Source: a virus (Duplodnaviria > Heunggongvirae > Uroviricota > Caudoviricetes). From it: a stretch of DNA of 64,000 nt. A program made the position numbers and the translations under genes. The notes beneath the pieces were generated by a model. That model was not told the origin of the DNA, did no database searches, and saw only the letters and a list, made by a program, of their open reading frames with translations. The stretch spans positions 349,489 to 413,488 of IMG/VR virus record IMGVR_UViG_3300028914_000001, one strand, 5' to 3'. This document shows positions 17,493-27,477 of this stretch, one piece after another (the first letter of the stretch is position 1; each line of letters starts with the position of its first letter).

Positions 17493-18629
17493 ATGCAGTT
17501 TGGCGTTATTGAGAAGAGAATTACTCGTTTATGGTGCAAGACCCCGGCATTGCTCATAGGTCCTCCCGGAATAGGAAAGACCCAGTTCTGCCGCAGCCTT
17601 GCGGGAAAGCTTGGATTGAAACTTGTCTGCCTCGACTGTTCTCAGTCTGGCGACTCTGGCGACCTTATCGGGTTGCTCGAAATCGAGAACCATGTTCACC
17701 ACCACACCAAACCAGAATGGATGGACACAAAGGAAGCGACCCTAGTCTTTATCGACGAAATCAACCGTGCCAAGGGCGAAATCATCGCCGCCCTGATGAA
17801 GCTGTGTTCCCCCGAACAGTCGTTCAACGGTTTCACGCTCCCGGAAGGTTCCCGTGTCGTGGTCGCAATCAACCCGTCCAACGTGGATTCCAACCAGGTG
17901 CTTCCAATCAACAGGGCCCTGTTCACCCGTTTCGCCCGATACCATGTCGAGGTGGACGCCAAGTACTGGTGCAGGTGGGCGGCAAACGCCGGAATCAACC
18001 AGACGGTCATACGCTTCATAGACGGCCACAACAGCGCCCTCTATGTTGACGATACCGAGCTTGATTCGGAAGACGAAAACACGGCCAACCCCCGTTCATG
18101 GGAGAATTTCGCACGTCTTTTCGACAACGCATACAAGGCTGGCGACTATGTGGACGAGAACGGCCTGCCAAGACCGGGCGGGATGGAAACCCTGCTTGTG
18201 GACGCAACTTCGACCCTCGGCCCCGACATGGCGAAGACTTTCACCGAATGGTTCAAGAAGAACGGGAATACTCTCGATGCAGAGGAGGTTCTTCATGCGA
18301 ACGAATGGGACTGGGTGAAATTCAAGAGTATCATCGACGGGATGAGCGCAATGCAGCTTACAAAGCTGAGCGATGCCATTGTCGGCAAGATGGCGAACTC
18401 CTACGAGAATTCAAGGCAGACGAGGACGATGTCCCTGAACTTCTGGTACTACTACTTCGCAGTCAAGCCGGAGATAAAGGCCCAGATGTACAACATGCAC
18501 CTGATAGACCTTGTCCTGCAGATTTCCGAGGGAAAGGACAACTGGCTATCTCGCCTTAGGGAACATGTCGGCGAAGACAAGAAGGATATGCTCAAATCCA
18601 GTTTCAGCGAGTTCAACCAGGTTAACTGA
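17493..18629 (+). CDS. MoxR-type AAA+ ATPase
   Basis: Walker A GPPGIGKT, Walker B FIDEINRA, ALFTRF, NPRSWE. Confidence 0.9.
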   Translation: MQFGVIEKRITRLWCKTPALLIGPPGIGKTQFCRSLAGKLGLKLVCLDCSQSGDSGDLIGLLEIENHVHHHTKPEWMDTKEATLVFIDEINRAKGEIIAALMKLCSPEQSFNGFTLPEGSRVVVAINPSNVDSNQVLPINRALFTRFARYHVEVDAKYWCRWAANAGINQTVIRFIDGHNSALYVDDTELDSEDENTANPRSWENFARLFDNAYKAGDYVDENGLPRPGGMETLLVDATSTLGPDMAKTFTEWFKKNGNTLDAEEVLHANEWDWVKFKSIIDGMSAMQLTKLSDAIVGKMANSYENSRQTRTMSLNFWYYYFAVKPEIKAQMYNMHLIDLVLQISEGKDNWLSRLREHVGEDKKDMLKSSFSEFNQVN

Positions 18630-19945
18630 TGTCCGCACTCAGCAAGATAGAACAGGCCAAGGTGATTCTCGGCTCCGTGAATCCAGCCGCCATGTGCTAC
18701 ATAAACATGGCGCACCCTATCGTCGAGGACGACAGGACGGATACGCTCATGCTCGATGCGCACCTTCCTGGGGAACTATACCTTGTCGCAAACAGCAGGT
18801 GGGTCGAGAGGATGGACATGAGCGACCTCGCCAAGATTCTCTACATAGAGGCTTCACGAATTGCGTTGCAGCATGTGACCAAGCGTGCTGTCGACAACAA
18901 ATTCAACCTGCTTTCGAGCGACATCATTTGCTACTCGATGGCTAGGGGTTGCCTGACCCTGAACGGAACGTCCTTCCCGGACTCTCTGGACAGGAGCAAG
19001 GCGAGCACCTACTATGAGCAGGGCAAGGTGCTGTACCAGAACGAGACGGGAAAGGAATGGACCGACGAATGCGATTTCCACGAGAGGGTGGCGATGTGGA
19101 TGGAACGGGCCGCCAACAATTCCGGCGACGGGGATGCGGACCCGGATTCCGACGGACAGCATGACGAACCGTCTGGATGCGACGGCGATGGAAGCCCGCA
19201 GGAAGCCCTCGACGAATACTTCTGTGATGGAACCCGTTCCGACAACTGGTCGCCTAACGAGACGGTTTCAAGCGACATTGCGATGGAGACGAAGCACCTG
19301 GAAGAGAATGGCGGATTCGACGGGACAAGCTGGGGACTCAGCGCTGGAGACCTCATGTTGAAGATTCTTGCCGCACAGAGACCGCCCGTGGACTACCGAC
19401 GTATAATCCGCTCGTTCGTAGGCACTGTCGTCTCGCAGAGGACTGAATCCACCAGGCTGAGGCAGAACAGGCGGTACAACCTGCTGTTCCCCGGACAGCG
19501 TTCCGTATACGACTGCAAGCTGCTCCTTGCAGCAGACTCGTCTGGTTCCATGGACGAGGACGACCTGTCTGCCGCCGGATGCCTGATAGCGAAGATAGCG
19601 ACGGGAAGCCAGATAGACTACTGCTGGTGGGACTGCCACTGCACCCTTCCGAAGACATTCAAGAGGGGATTTTCCAAGAGCGGGTTCGAGGTCGAGGGCC
19701 GTGGCGGGACGAATCCCCAGTGCGTGTTCGACATGCTCAGGGATAATAAACTGATGGGTAAATATTCGGGAATCATCATCTTTTCCGACATGATTTTCGA
19801 CTACATACCGAAACCGAAGGGCATACCCGTGGACAACATGCTGTGGATATGCACTGCCGACGGCAAGGAGCCCCCTAGATGGGTTCCCCGACGAAGGATT
19901 ATGCGTTGCAAGGAAATTATGAGCTGCATCAAAAAAGACCCTTGA
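18629..19945 (+). CDS. DUF2201-like vWA domain protein, partner of the MoxR ATPase
   Basis: MIDAS ADSSGSM, GRGGTN, IIFSD; acidic linker; start overlaps ATPase stop. Confidence 0.85.
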   Translation: MSALSKIEQAKVILGSVNPAAMCYINMAHPIVEDDRTDTLMLDAHLPGELYLVANSRWVERMDMSDLAKILYIEASRIALQHVTKRAVDNKFNLLSSDIICYSMARGCLTLNGTSFPDSLDRSKASTYYEQGKVLYQNETGKEWTDECDFHERVAMWMERAANNSGDGDADPDSDGQHDEPSGCDGDGSPQEALDEYFCDGTRSDNWSPNETVSSDIAMETKHLEENGGFDGTSWGLSAGDLMLKILAAQRPPVDYRRIIRSFVGTVVSQRTESTRLRQNRRYNLLFPGQRSVYDCKLLLAADSSGSMDEDDLSAAGCLIAKIATGSQIDYCWWDCHCTLPKTFKRGFSKSGFEVEGRGGTNPQCVFDMLRDNKLMGKYSGIIIFSDMIFDYIPKPKGIPVDNMLWICTADGKEPPRWVPRRRIMRCKEIMSCIKKDP

Positions 19946-19970
19946 TTTTGTTTCTGACTGTATTTATATT
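19942..19970 (+). promoter_or_regulatory. Sigma70-like promoter TTGATT-N17-TATATT upstream of DNA polymerase
   Basis: Motif and spacing. Confidence 0.55.
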
Positions 19971-20035
19971 TGGATAGATACAGTTAGCTTGTTCATAATA
20001 TAGTTAATTAAATTGAGCTATTATGAGGTTTTTAC

Positions 20036-22978
20036 ATGAGCGATAAGCAAGAAGAGCTGCCTAAGAAGAAGATGTGGTCCACCATCTACCACGACACGGC
20101 AAACGACCAGATGTACATGTGGTATATCGACGGGACCAGCGAGGTTCTTCCAGTAAGGCACCGTTCCTATACGAACCGTCTTGGTGAATACGGTGCTGTC
20201 GAGTGCGGGATGAAGGACATCTTCGGAAACGATGTGTACGAGTTCTACCTGTCCCACAACGAGGAAAAGGAAATCAAGCGGAACTATCAGGGTTCGCAAA
20301 ACCATTTCAACGAGATTGATATCGACCCACGATGCCGATTCCTGCAACAGCAGTATGAAGGATACGACATCGAGCCGCCGAAAATCAAGGACATGAACCT
20401 TTGCTTCCTTGATATCGAAGTCTCGACCGAGGGTAGGTTTCCTGTCCCTTGGTTGGCTGAATACCCGATTAACCTCATCATCCTCAACTTTGCAGAATAC
20501 TCAGTCCAGTTCGGAACCCTCGAAGTTGATGATGCGACCCTTGAAAAGTACAAGGCTTTGAACTGCCAGTACATCAAGTGCGCAACCGAAGCGGAACTCC
20601 TGACGGGCACTTTCAACTACATCAGGGAGCATAACGTAGATATCCTCTCTGGTTGGAACTTCGCATACGATACCGAGTTCATTTACCGCCGTGCAAAGAA
20701 GCTTGGCATCCCTCTCAAACTCATGTCGAGAATGCCAGCCGGAACCGAAAGAGCTTACTTCGACGAGAAGAAGAAAGAGCTTCATATCGCTGGTACGGAA
20801 GTCATGGACTTCTACCTCCTCTACAAGAAGTACACTTTCTCCGAAGAGCCGAGCTACAAACTCGATTACATCGCAGAAAAGGAAGTTGGCGAGAACAAGG
20901 CTCCGCTTCCTGATGGATACCTTTCGTGGAAAACATATCCCTCAGAGTTCTCATACTATAACGTGATAGACGGTGTCCTGTGTAGAAAAATCCAGAACAA
21001 GAAAAAGATGTTCGACCTTGCGCTTATGTCCTCTGCTGAGGCACGAGTGCCGATTACATCCGTGTTCGAATCCAAGAAGATGATGGTGGGCTTCGTTCTG
21101 AACCACCTTCACAAGCAGCACATGGTGTTCCCTGTTTACAGGCCTACTGCAAAGGAGGAATACCCCGGCGCATTCGTGTATTCCGTCCCTGGGTTCTACA
21201 AGATAGAGGTTTCGTACGACTACCGAAGCCTTTATCCGTCAATCATGATGACATTCAACATCAGCCCTGAAACCAAGGTTATCAAGCCGATTGACTATGT
21301 GCTTACCGAGGAGGAAAAGAAGGTCCTCATCAGGTCGCCGTGGACTCATAACGGCCAATACCAGGTGTTCTACCGCAAGGATGTGGAAGGTATCGTTCCT
21401 CAGGTTACTAGAAAGCTGTTCAACGGTCGTGCCGAACTGAAGATTAAGAAGAAGCAGGCCGAAAAGGACGGTAACGAAGAACTGATGGAAATATACGACA
21501 TGATGCAGAAGGTGTACAAGGTGCTCGGTAACTCCCTGTACGGCTTGCTCGGTACTCCGTTCTTCGCTTTCTACGATATCGACAATGCTGCATCAATTAC
21601 GGCTTACGGCCAAAAGCTCATCAAGTATACCTGCAAGAACCTTGCCGAGTACATCAACAACGACTTGTCCAAGGACCAGAGGTTTATCAACACGTTCGGC
21701 TACTCCCCGAAAATCAACCCTGACTACTGCGGTGAAATCTTCTGGAACGAAGCGAACGTGGACTTCGACGATGTTGAAAAGGCGACTGAATGGGGTTACG
21801 ACATCACGAGTGACATCCTGCAACGAAGAATGTCCCACGGTGATACCGACTCCTTCTACGCCAAGTTCGATGACATCTACGAGGAGTTCAGCAAGAACCA
21901 GGGCAAGAAAGTTCAGGTTGTCGTGTATGACGGACACCAGATTATTCAGAAGAACGACTTCAATGCACTGGACGAGATGGCCTACAAGAAGAACTTCGCC
22001 CTTATGGCCCATACATATTGCCCGGATGTCTACCATAACCCGAAGAACATGGAACCTCAGGAAGTCAAGGGCAGCAAGTTCAAGTTCACCAAGTTGCAGA
22101 TTATGTACAAGGACGGCATGATTTCGAACAAGCGTTACCGGGTCATTCTCAACCGTTACCGCCTGACCGACTTCTGCCGTATGTTGGATGCTTCCATTCT
22201 TGAAGAGAAGCTGGATGAGTACATGCTTGGTTACGCATCGTCTTGGGGCTTCCGTACGAACGAACTGTTCCTGAAACGTGAAAAGTGCATCTACAAGACC
22301 ATCGTGACCGCCAAGAAGAAATACATCTGCGTGGCCGAATCCAACGAAGACATCGTGTACCTTGACATGAAGAAGGAAGACCTCCCGATTCATCCGCACT
22401 ACGCAATCACTGGTCTCGAAATCGTGCGTTCATCGACTACCATGTTCTCTCGTGAACGTATGATGGACACCGTGGAGCTCATGATGGATACCATGGACAG
22501 GGAAACCCTCCGTAAGCGTGTCGTGGAAATCAAGGACGAGTACACCCAGAAGATTATGGACCAGTCGTACCTTGATATTTCCTGTCCGTCAGGTGTCAAG
22601 GAAGAACCTCCTGAATACACAGAGATGATTAACTTCCCTAAGGAAGAACTGAAGAAAATCGACTGGCGTAGAAAGGCGGCCTCCGTTTGGAACTACCTTA
22701 TCCTCAATGACCGTGAACTCATGAAGAAGCCGTACGAACCTATCCATGCTGGCGACAAGATGAAGTACATCAAGGTGTGCGACAACCCGTTCGGTATCAC
22801 GGCTATCGGTTACACTGGCGATGTAGTCCCGCCTCGCTTGCTCCAACTGTTCCAGCCGGACTGGGAAGGCCACTGGAAGGTCACCGTGTCCAACATCCTT
22901 GGGCGTTTGTTCAAGGCGGTAGGATGGGGTGAGAACATCGAGGAAGACCAGACTGAAATGATGTGCGACCTGTTCTAA
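20036..22978 (+). CDS. Family B DNA polymerase (T4 gp43/RB69-like) with 3'-5' exonuclease
   Basis: ExoI FLDIE, ExoII GWNFAYD, ExoIII YNVID; YDYRSLYPS, KVLGNSLYG, GDTDS, KKKY, GLEIVRSST; C-terminal MMCDLF clamp-binding-like motif. Confidence 0.95.
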   Translation: MSDKQEELPKKKMWSTIYHDTANDQMYMWYIDGTSEVLPVRHRSYTNRLGEYGAVECGMKDIFGNDVYEFYLSHNEEKEIKRNYQGSQNHFNEIDIDPRCRFLQQQYEGYDIEPPKIKDMNLCFLDIEVSTEGRFPVPWLAEYPINLIILNFAEYSVQFGTLEVDDATLEKYKALNCQYIKCATEAELLTGTFNYIREHNVDILSGWNFAYDTEFIYRRAKKLGIPLKLMSRMPAGTERAYFDEKKKELHIAGTEVMDFYLLYKKYTFSEEPSYKLDYIAEKEVGENKAPLPDGYLSWKTYPSEFSYYNVIDGVLCRKIQNKKKMFDLALMSSAEARVPITSVFESKKMMVGFVLNHLHKQHMVFPVYRPTAKEEYPGAFVYSVPGFYKIEVSYDYRSLYPSIMMTFNISPETKVIKPIDYVLTEEEKKVLIRSPWTHNGQYQVFYRKDVEGIVPQVTRKLFNGRAELKIKKKQAEKDGNEELMEIYDMMQKVYKVLGNSLYGLLGTPFFAFYDIDNAASITAYGQKLIKYTCKNLAEYINNDLSKDQRFINTFGYSPKINPDYCGEIFWNEANVDFDDVEKATEWGYDITSDILQRRMSHGDTDSFYAKFDDIYEEFSKNQGKKVQVVVYDGHQIIQKNDFNALDEMAYKKNFALMAHTYCPDVYHNPKNMEPQEVKGSKFKFTKLQIMYKDGMISNKRYRVILNRYRLTDFCRMLDASILEEKLDEYMLGYASSWGFRTNELFLKREKCIYKTIVTAKKKYICVAESNEDIVYLDMKKEDLPIHPHYAITGLEIVRSSTTMFSRERMMDTVELMMDTMDRETLRKRVVEIKDEYTQKIMDQSYLDISCPSGVKEEPPEYTEMINFPKEELKKIDWRRKAASVWNYLILNDRELMKKPYEPIHAGDKMKYIKVCDNPFGITAIGYTGDVVPPRLLQLFQPDWEGHWKVTVSNILGRLFKAVGWGENIEEDQTEMMCDLF

Positions 22979-22980
22979 TC

Positions 22981-23015
22981 AAAAAGCGGCCCGAAATTCG
23001 GACCGCTTCTTTTTT
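22981..23015. terminator. Bidirectional intrinsic terminator
   Basis: AAGCGGCCCGAA-A-TTCGGACCGCTT with A/T tails between convergent genes. Confidence 0.8.
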
Positions 23016-23033
23016 GCATTGAGTAAAATTTGT

Positions 23034-24596
23034 CTATGCACCCCCGAAGGCTTTCTTTGCCTCGGCGGTTTTTTTCTTGACATTTTCGATGACGGTGCAT
23101 ATCGTCTGCACATCGGCCAAGAGCTTTTTATCATCACCCTGCTTGACAGCAGCGAGCATGTTGTCTGCATTGTCGAGAAGTTTTTCTAGCTCAGATACAC
23201 AACTATCTACATCTTCTGCGCTCATGTCGTTTGAATGGCCTTTCTTGTACAGGTCGATGTTCTTTTCCATAGTTTTCTTGTAGTTCTCTAACAGAGTGCT
23301 CCAATTCTGCTTGTACTCAGTCTCGTCGAGTCGTTTAATGCCTGACACGAACTGGTTCATCACTTCTTGCTTGGTGATTCCCATGAAGTCGAAGAAGATT
23401 TTAAGGGATTTCTTTACCTGACGGCGAGCGGCGGAGACAAGCCCGTTGATTTGCGTCTGTGCTTCTTTCTGTGTCATTTTGCCGCTGCTGAACTTTTTCT
23501 GTATATTGTTAACTTCCGCCTGGTCCTTCTCGTCAAGAATCTTAGTTTGCTTCAGGTTAAGATAGTCGTTAATGTCGTCGCTTAATCTGGTGTTCTTAGA
23601 TTCGTTTTCTTCTGGATTCATCCAGCTCATCGTACTATTTGGGTCAGATGCATTCAACTTGATTCTGCCAAGATGGTACTTCTTGACAGCGATGTTCATG
23701 ATGTAATCGGACAGCGCCTTACCAGAAGGATTTCCTTGGCAGAACTGATTGAATTCTTCATTTTCTGACGCCACAGTTTTGGCCAGTTTTGTCTTAGGGG
23801 CTCCATCGGCATTGGTAGACTGTGAACTGAACGTACTCTGCGCTGCAGCACTGTTTTCATCCAACGCCTGTATGCCGTACAACAGGTTTTGGATTTCTTC
23901 ATCGAAATCCTTTACTTCGTCATAGAATTCCTCTCGTACACTCGATTTGCCGTCGCTTTCGAAATATTTTTTTAGCTCATCCAACATTTGCGGTACGATA
24001 TCCGTCATGTCTGTTTTGATGGTGTCAAATGCGTGTTCTGTCTGCGTAAAGCTAAACCAAGCATTTCCTTGTTTGAGGAATCCACTAAGGGCAGGAGGGA
24101 AATTCTCTGTACAGTATTTATCGAAGTTGATGAAGTTGTTGTACAGGTAAAGTACATGTATAGCGTTTTTCTGTAGAGACACTATACCCTTATCAGGGTT
24201 TTTAATTTCTAGGTATTTTTTATAATCCTTAACCTTGCTTGCTATTTCTGGCGGAAGACTGTCCAACTGACCGAGTATTGCATTCCATCCCTTAGCATCG
24301 TCATTGATGGTTGCTTCTTCCCTGTCGTCGTTCGAGACGGTGTAGTCGCTATCGTGAGCTTCCTTTGAGACGAACTCATCGTTCGGCTTCTCGGGTTGTC
24401 CAACCGTCTGTGTCTCCGTGGACGCACCGTCGTCCGAGACTTCCTGATAGTCGTAAGTTGCGTTGATAGCGTCTTCGTCCAAGCCAGCATTCTGCATGAT
24501 TTCGTTGAGCTTCGCAAGAAGTTCTTTCTTAGTGCGAAGCACATCGTCTACACGCTTTCCAGTTTTCTTGTACAACAAATAAGATTTCGTTGCCAT
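23034..24596 (-). CDS. Large helical hypothetical protein, probable late/virion protein
   Basis: AAGGAG RBS before MATKSY; third gene of a TATAAACT-headed operon. Confidence 0.7.
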   Translation of the reverse strand: MATKSYLLYKKTGKRVDDVLRTKKELLAKLNEIMQNAGLDEDAINATYDYQEVSDDGASTETQTVGQPEKPNDEFVSKEAHDSDYTVSNDDREEATINDDAKGWNAILGQLDSLPPEIASKVKDYKKYLEIKNPDKGIVSLQKNAIHVLYLYNNFINFDKYCTENFPPALSGFLKQGNAWFSFTQTEHAFDTIKTDMTDIVPQMLDELKKYFESDGKSSVREEFYDEVKDFDEEIQNLLYGIQALDENSAAAQSTFSSQSTNADGAPKTKLAKTVASENEEFNQFCQGNPSGKALSDYIMNIAVKKYHLGRIKLNASDPNSTMSWMNPEENESKNTRLSDDINDYLNLKQTKILDEKDQAEVNNIQKKFSSGKMTQKEAQTQINGLVSAARRQVKKSLKIFFDFMGITKQEVMNQFVSGIKRLDETEYKQNWSTLLENYKKTMEKNIDLYKKGHSNDMSAEDVDSCVSELEKLLDNADNMLAAVKQGDDKKLLADVQTICTVIENVKKKTAEAKKAFGGA

Positions 24597-24606
24597 ACTC
24601 ATCTCC

Positions 24607-25797
24607 TTATTCTTCCTTGGCATAGTCCAAGATGTTCTTGTGTTCAGTTTCCTTTGCATTGCCCTGTTGAGCCTTGTTATCTTCCGTCGGTTTCTGCGGC
24701 GTATTTACCGTTTTCTGCTCCGTAGGTTTCTGGGAAGAGCTTTCGTCAATGCAGTCGCTGTCCTTGATGTTTTCGGCAAGCTGGAACGTATTAGGTTTCA
24801 TCTTGTCTCCACTTGCGTTCTCTGCGTCGCATCTTGCAATCCACCACTTGAACTGGTCACGGTCCTTCACATGCTTGATGACATATGTCCTAGCGGCTGC
24901 CCTAGACTTGAAGAATCCGATACGGACACGCCATACATCCTTGCGGCTAGAGTTATGCGCTTGACCATCGTACTGATAAATATACACGCCTTTCACGCCT
25001 TCGTCAAATTCGTGCTTTGCCTGGTATGCGGCGGTCTTTTTGTTATTGCTGCTGTATGACACGAGGTTAACAACGTATGGGTATTTAGGGTTGCATTGCT
25101 CGCCTCTGATTTCTTGGAAATCACTGTCCTTCCATTTGTACTGCGGGGCCGGGGCCTTCTTCTCTGGTTTTTGTAGTTCCTGTGTCTTGACAGGCGCTTC
25201 GGTAACCTTCTTTGGTTCCGGGCATACTGGCGGGCATTCGACCTTCGGCGGTTCAACCTTCGGCGGTTCAACCTTCGGTTCTGGTTGCCTTACGGGAGTA
25301 GGAGGTTCTACCTGCGGAGGAGGTGGAGGAACATTGTCCCAAGCATCGTTGGCATGCATGTTGACACGAGCTTCATATCCTCTCGGGTCAATCTTTTGTC
25401 GTGAGCGGTTCATTTCGATTTGTTCGTAATGCTTGTCGGCTGCGTTTCCTCTGGGGTTAAACTTCTGCCAAGCGATTACGTTTGCCCCTGTGGGAGGTTG
25501 CAGGCTTGCATTTCGGGCGACAGCGTCGTTTCCGTTGAAGCGTGTCTTTTCACTCCATCTGTTCGTTTTACGAGGGTCGGTTGCGCCAAGTCCAGTCCTG
25601 AAACGAACCCCCTCCCTGGTTACACCCTCACGGTACTCGAACAAGGCTCTGTGTGCGTTAGCTACTGCCTCGACAAGTTCACGGGGAGCGATTTCGCTTA
25701 CTGCCTCGACGAAGGCACGAAAGCGCTTCTTTGCAATCCTTTTTGGACTAAGTGTGCCTTCCATCAAGGCTACATCGTATTTTTCCCTATTATTCAT
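24607..25797 (-). CDS. SPOR-domain protein with Pro-rich linker
   Basis: YVVNLVSYSS...WRVRIGFFKSRAAA SPOR-like pattern; PPPPP and KVEPP repeats. Confidence 0.6.
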   Translation of the reverse strand: MNNREKYDVALMEGTLSPKRIAKKRFRAFVEAVSEIAPRELVEAVANAHRALFEYREGVTREGVRFRTGLGATDPRKTNRWSEKTRFNGNDAVARNASLQPPTGANVIAWQKFNPRGNAADKHYEQIEMNRSRQKIDPRGYEARVNMHANDAWDNVPPPPPQVEPPTPVRQPEPKVEPPKVEPPKVECPPVCPEPKKVTEAPVKTQELQKPEKKAPAPQYKWKDSDFQEIRGEQCNPKYPYVVNLVSYSSNNKKTAAYQAKHEFDEGVKGVYIYQYDGQAHNSSRKDVWRVRIGFFKSRAAARTYVIKHVKDRDQFKWWIARCDAENASGDKMKPNTFQLAENIKDSDCIDESSSQKPTEQKTVNTPQKPTEDNKAQQGNAKETEHKNILDYAKEE

Positions 25798-25815
25798 AGC
25801 ATTCTCCTTAAACCG

Positions 25816-27375
25816 TTATTGTGCATCGCCTGCATCGAACATTTCGTGCAGGGCTTCGCTAAGACCGTCTATTTTCAAAGCCTCGTTAATTGCTTCCTGG
25901 TCAGTCTCGTTTGCAGATGAATATTCTTTAAGCATCTCTTTCGCCTTGCTTTCGTCACCGTCGTTCAGGAACATGAAGTATGCGGTGAGCAAGGAACCGA
26001 CGAGCGCACCGACAGTTTTTCCTGTCGTACTGTCAAATCCGAGCAACTGCGCTCCGTATTTACCAGCGATGCCTCCACCAATCACGGCGATTGCCTTGGC
26101 TACCGTCTTGGCTGTATCCATCTTGCTTCCGTCAATGTCAATCCATTCGAGGTTGATATCTTCCGGGTTAGTGATGATATCGTACAGCTTGTAGCCGCCA
26201 TAAGTCAGTCCGGCAAGGGCACCAAGTTTGAGCGCTCCCTTGAATGCTTTCCATGCCCCAATCCTTACTTGGTTCACCGTTCCGATTACAGGAATCCTGT
26301 TGATGAGTGAGTTGAGCAAACCGGGTTTACCGAATCTTGCATAGAACGGGATTCCGTACTGGTCAACATACATTCCTGCATTAGGGTTGCCGTTGAATCT
26401 CCTGTTTCTCTCGCTGAACGGGTTACGATTGGCTTGTGCGTTACCGAAGTACCGGGAGCTTGGCTGCGACAACCTGGCTTCTCTATTGACCATGTTGATT
26501 CGTTGGTCGATTTCATTTAATTGCGGTTGGTACCTCTGGATTACCTCATCACGGGCCTTATAATGGTCATTAACGAGCTTGTTTAGTCGTTTTTTGTGGT
26601 TTACAGGCAGGATTGGTGCTATCTTCTGCTGCTCTTCGAGCTTTCTGAGATTTTCTTTGAACGAGTTCTCTAGTTGTTCTATCTCTTGGTTTCGGGCGAA
26701 CTCTATCTGTTCCTTTGAGTTTGCCAGTTCATTGACATTGAAGTTCCTCGAACCTTTGTTGAATCCGATGTCCATCATTTCGTTGTACTCGGTTCCTGCT
26801 TTGCCGGATGCCTTGAACCTCAGGTCGTTCATCTTTTGACGAACCTTTTGTCTGCTGTCAAATAGCTTTTCAGCCTTCTTTGCGTTTCTGCCGCTGAGAT
26901 TGTATGGGTCGAGGCCCATTATCCTGTCAAGACGCTCGGACAGTTTAGCATCCTTGGTTGCGAGCTTGCCAAACTTCTCCAATCGGTTGGCTTTTCTGCC
27001 AGCGGTCGAAAACAGGTTCTTTACCCAAGTCATCGGGCCTTCCATAAGAATCTGTATCTGCTGGTCGTCAAGGCTTTCAAGGAAGTTCACCTTTTCATTA
27101 TCGCTCATGCTATCGACCAACGCCGTCAAATTCTGCTGGTCTTCAAGGCTCATGATGCTAGGCGAAGCTTCGGCAACATCCGTTATGACCTGCTCGTCGG
27201 CTGCCGTATCTACTACGTCATCTACGGCGTCCTTTACGGCAGTTGCCACGGTATCGGCAACTTGTTCGGCATCCTGTGCCCCAAACAGTGCGTTATGGAG
27301 CTGCATGACGCTTTCAAGCTGGTTCTTCGAGAGAATCTTTCTCGCCGATTGCTCAAATAGCTGCTTATTGTTCAT
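25816..27375 (-). CDS. Coiled-coil protein with C-terminal glycine-zipper/TM segments, probable virion protein
   Basis: LGALAGLTYGGY, AVIGGGIAGKYGA, VGALVGSLLTAYF; upstream TATAAACT. Confidence 0.65.
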   Translation of the reverse strand: MNNKQLFEQSARKILSKNQLESVMQLHNALFGAQDAEQVADTVATAVKDAVDDVVDTAADEQVITDVAEASPSIMSLEDQQNLTALVDSMSDNEKVNFLESLDDQQIQILMEGPMTWVKNLFSTAGRKANRLEKFGKLATKDAKLSERLDRIMGLDPYNLSGRNAKKAEKLFDSRQKVRQKMNDLRFKASGKAGTEYNEMMDIGFNKGSRNFNVNELANSKEQIEFARNQEIEQLENSFKENLRKLEEQQKIAPILPVNHKKRLNKLVNDHYKARDEVIQRYQPQLNEIDQRINMVNREARLSQPSSRYFGNAQANRNPFSERNRRFNGNPNAGMYVDQYGIPFYARFGKPGLLNSLINRIPVIGTVNQVRIGAWKAFKGALKLGALAGLTYGGYKLYDIITNPEDINLEWIDIDGSKMDTAKTVAKAIAVIGGGIAGKYGAQLLGFDSTTGKTVGALVGSLLTAYFMFLNDGDESKAKEMLKEYSSANETDQEAINEALKIDGLSEALHEMFDAGDAQ

Positions 27376-27402
27376 ATTTTAACTCAATGCTTAACTGCAA
27401 AT

Positions 27403-27410
27403 AGTTTATA
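27403..27410 (-). promoter_or_regulatory. Putative late promoter TATAAACT
   Basis: 28 nt upstream of ATG 27375. Confidence 0.65.
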
Positions 27411-27428
27411 ACCTTTTCTGAAGCCCTG

Positions 27429-27457
27429 TTGACAATATCTGGTGTTTTTTCTATTTT
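27429..27457 (+). promoter_or_regulatory. Sigma70-like promoter TTGACA-N17-TATTTT
   Basis: Motif and spacing. Confidence 0.65.
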
Positions 27458-27477
27458 TACATGAAAAGGAAAAAGAT

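Noticed and set aside
21660-22160. Intein or intron in the DNA polymerase
   Set aside because: No C/S...HN splice junctions, no homing endonuclease motif, and the ORF is uninterrupted
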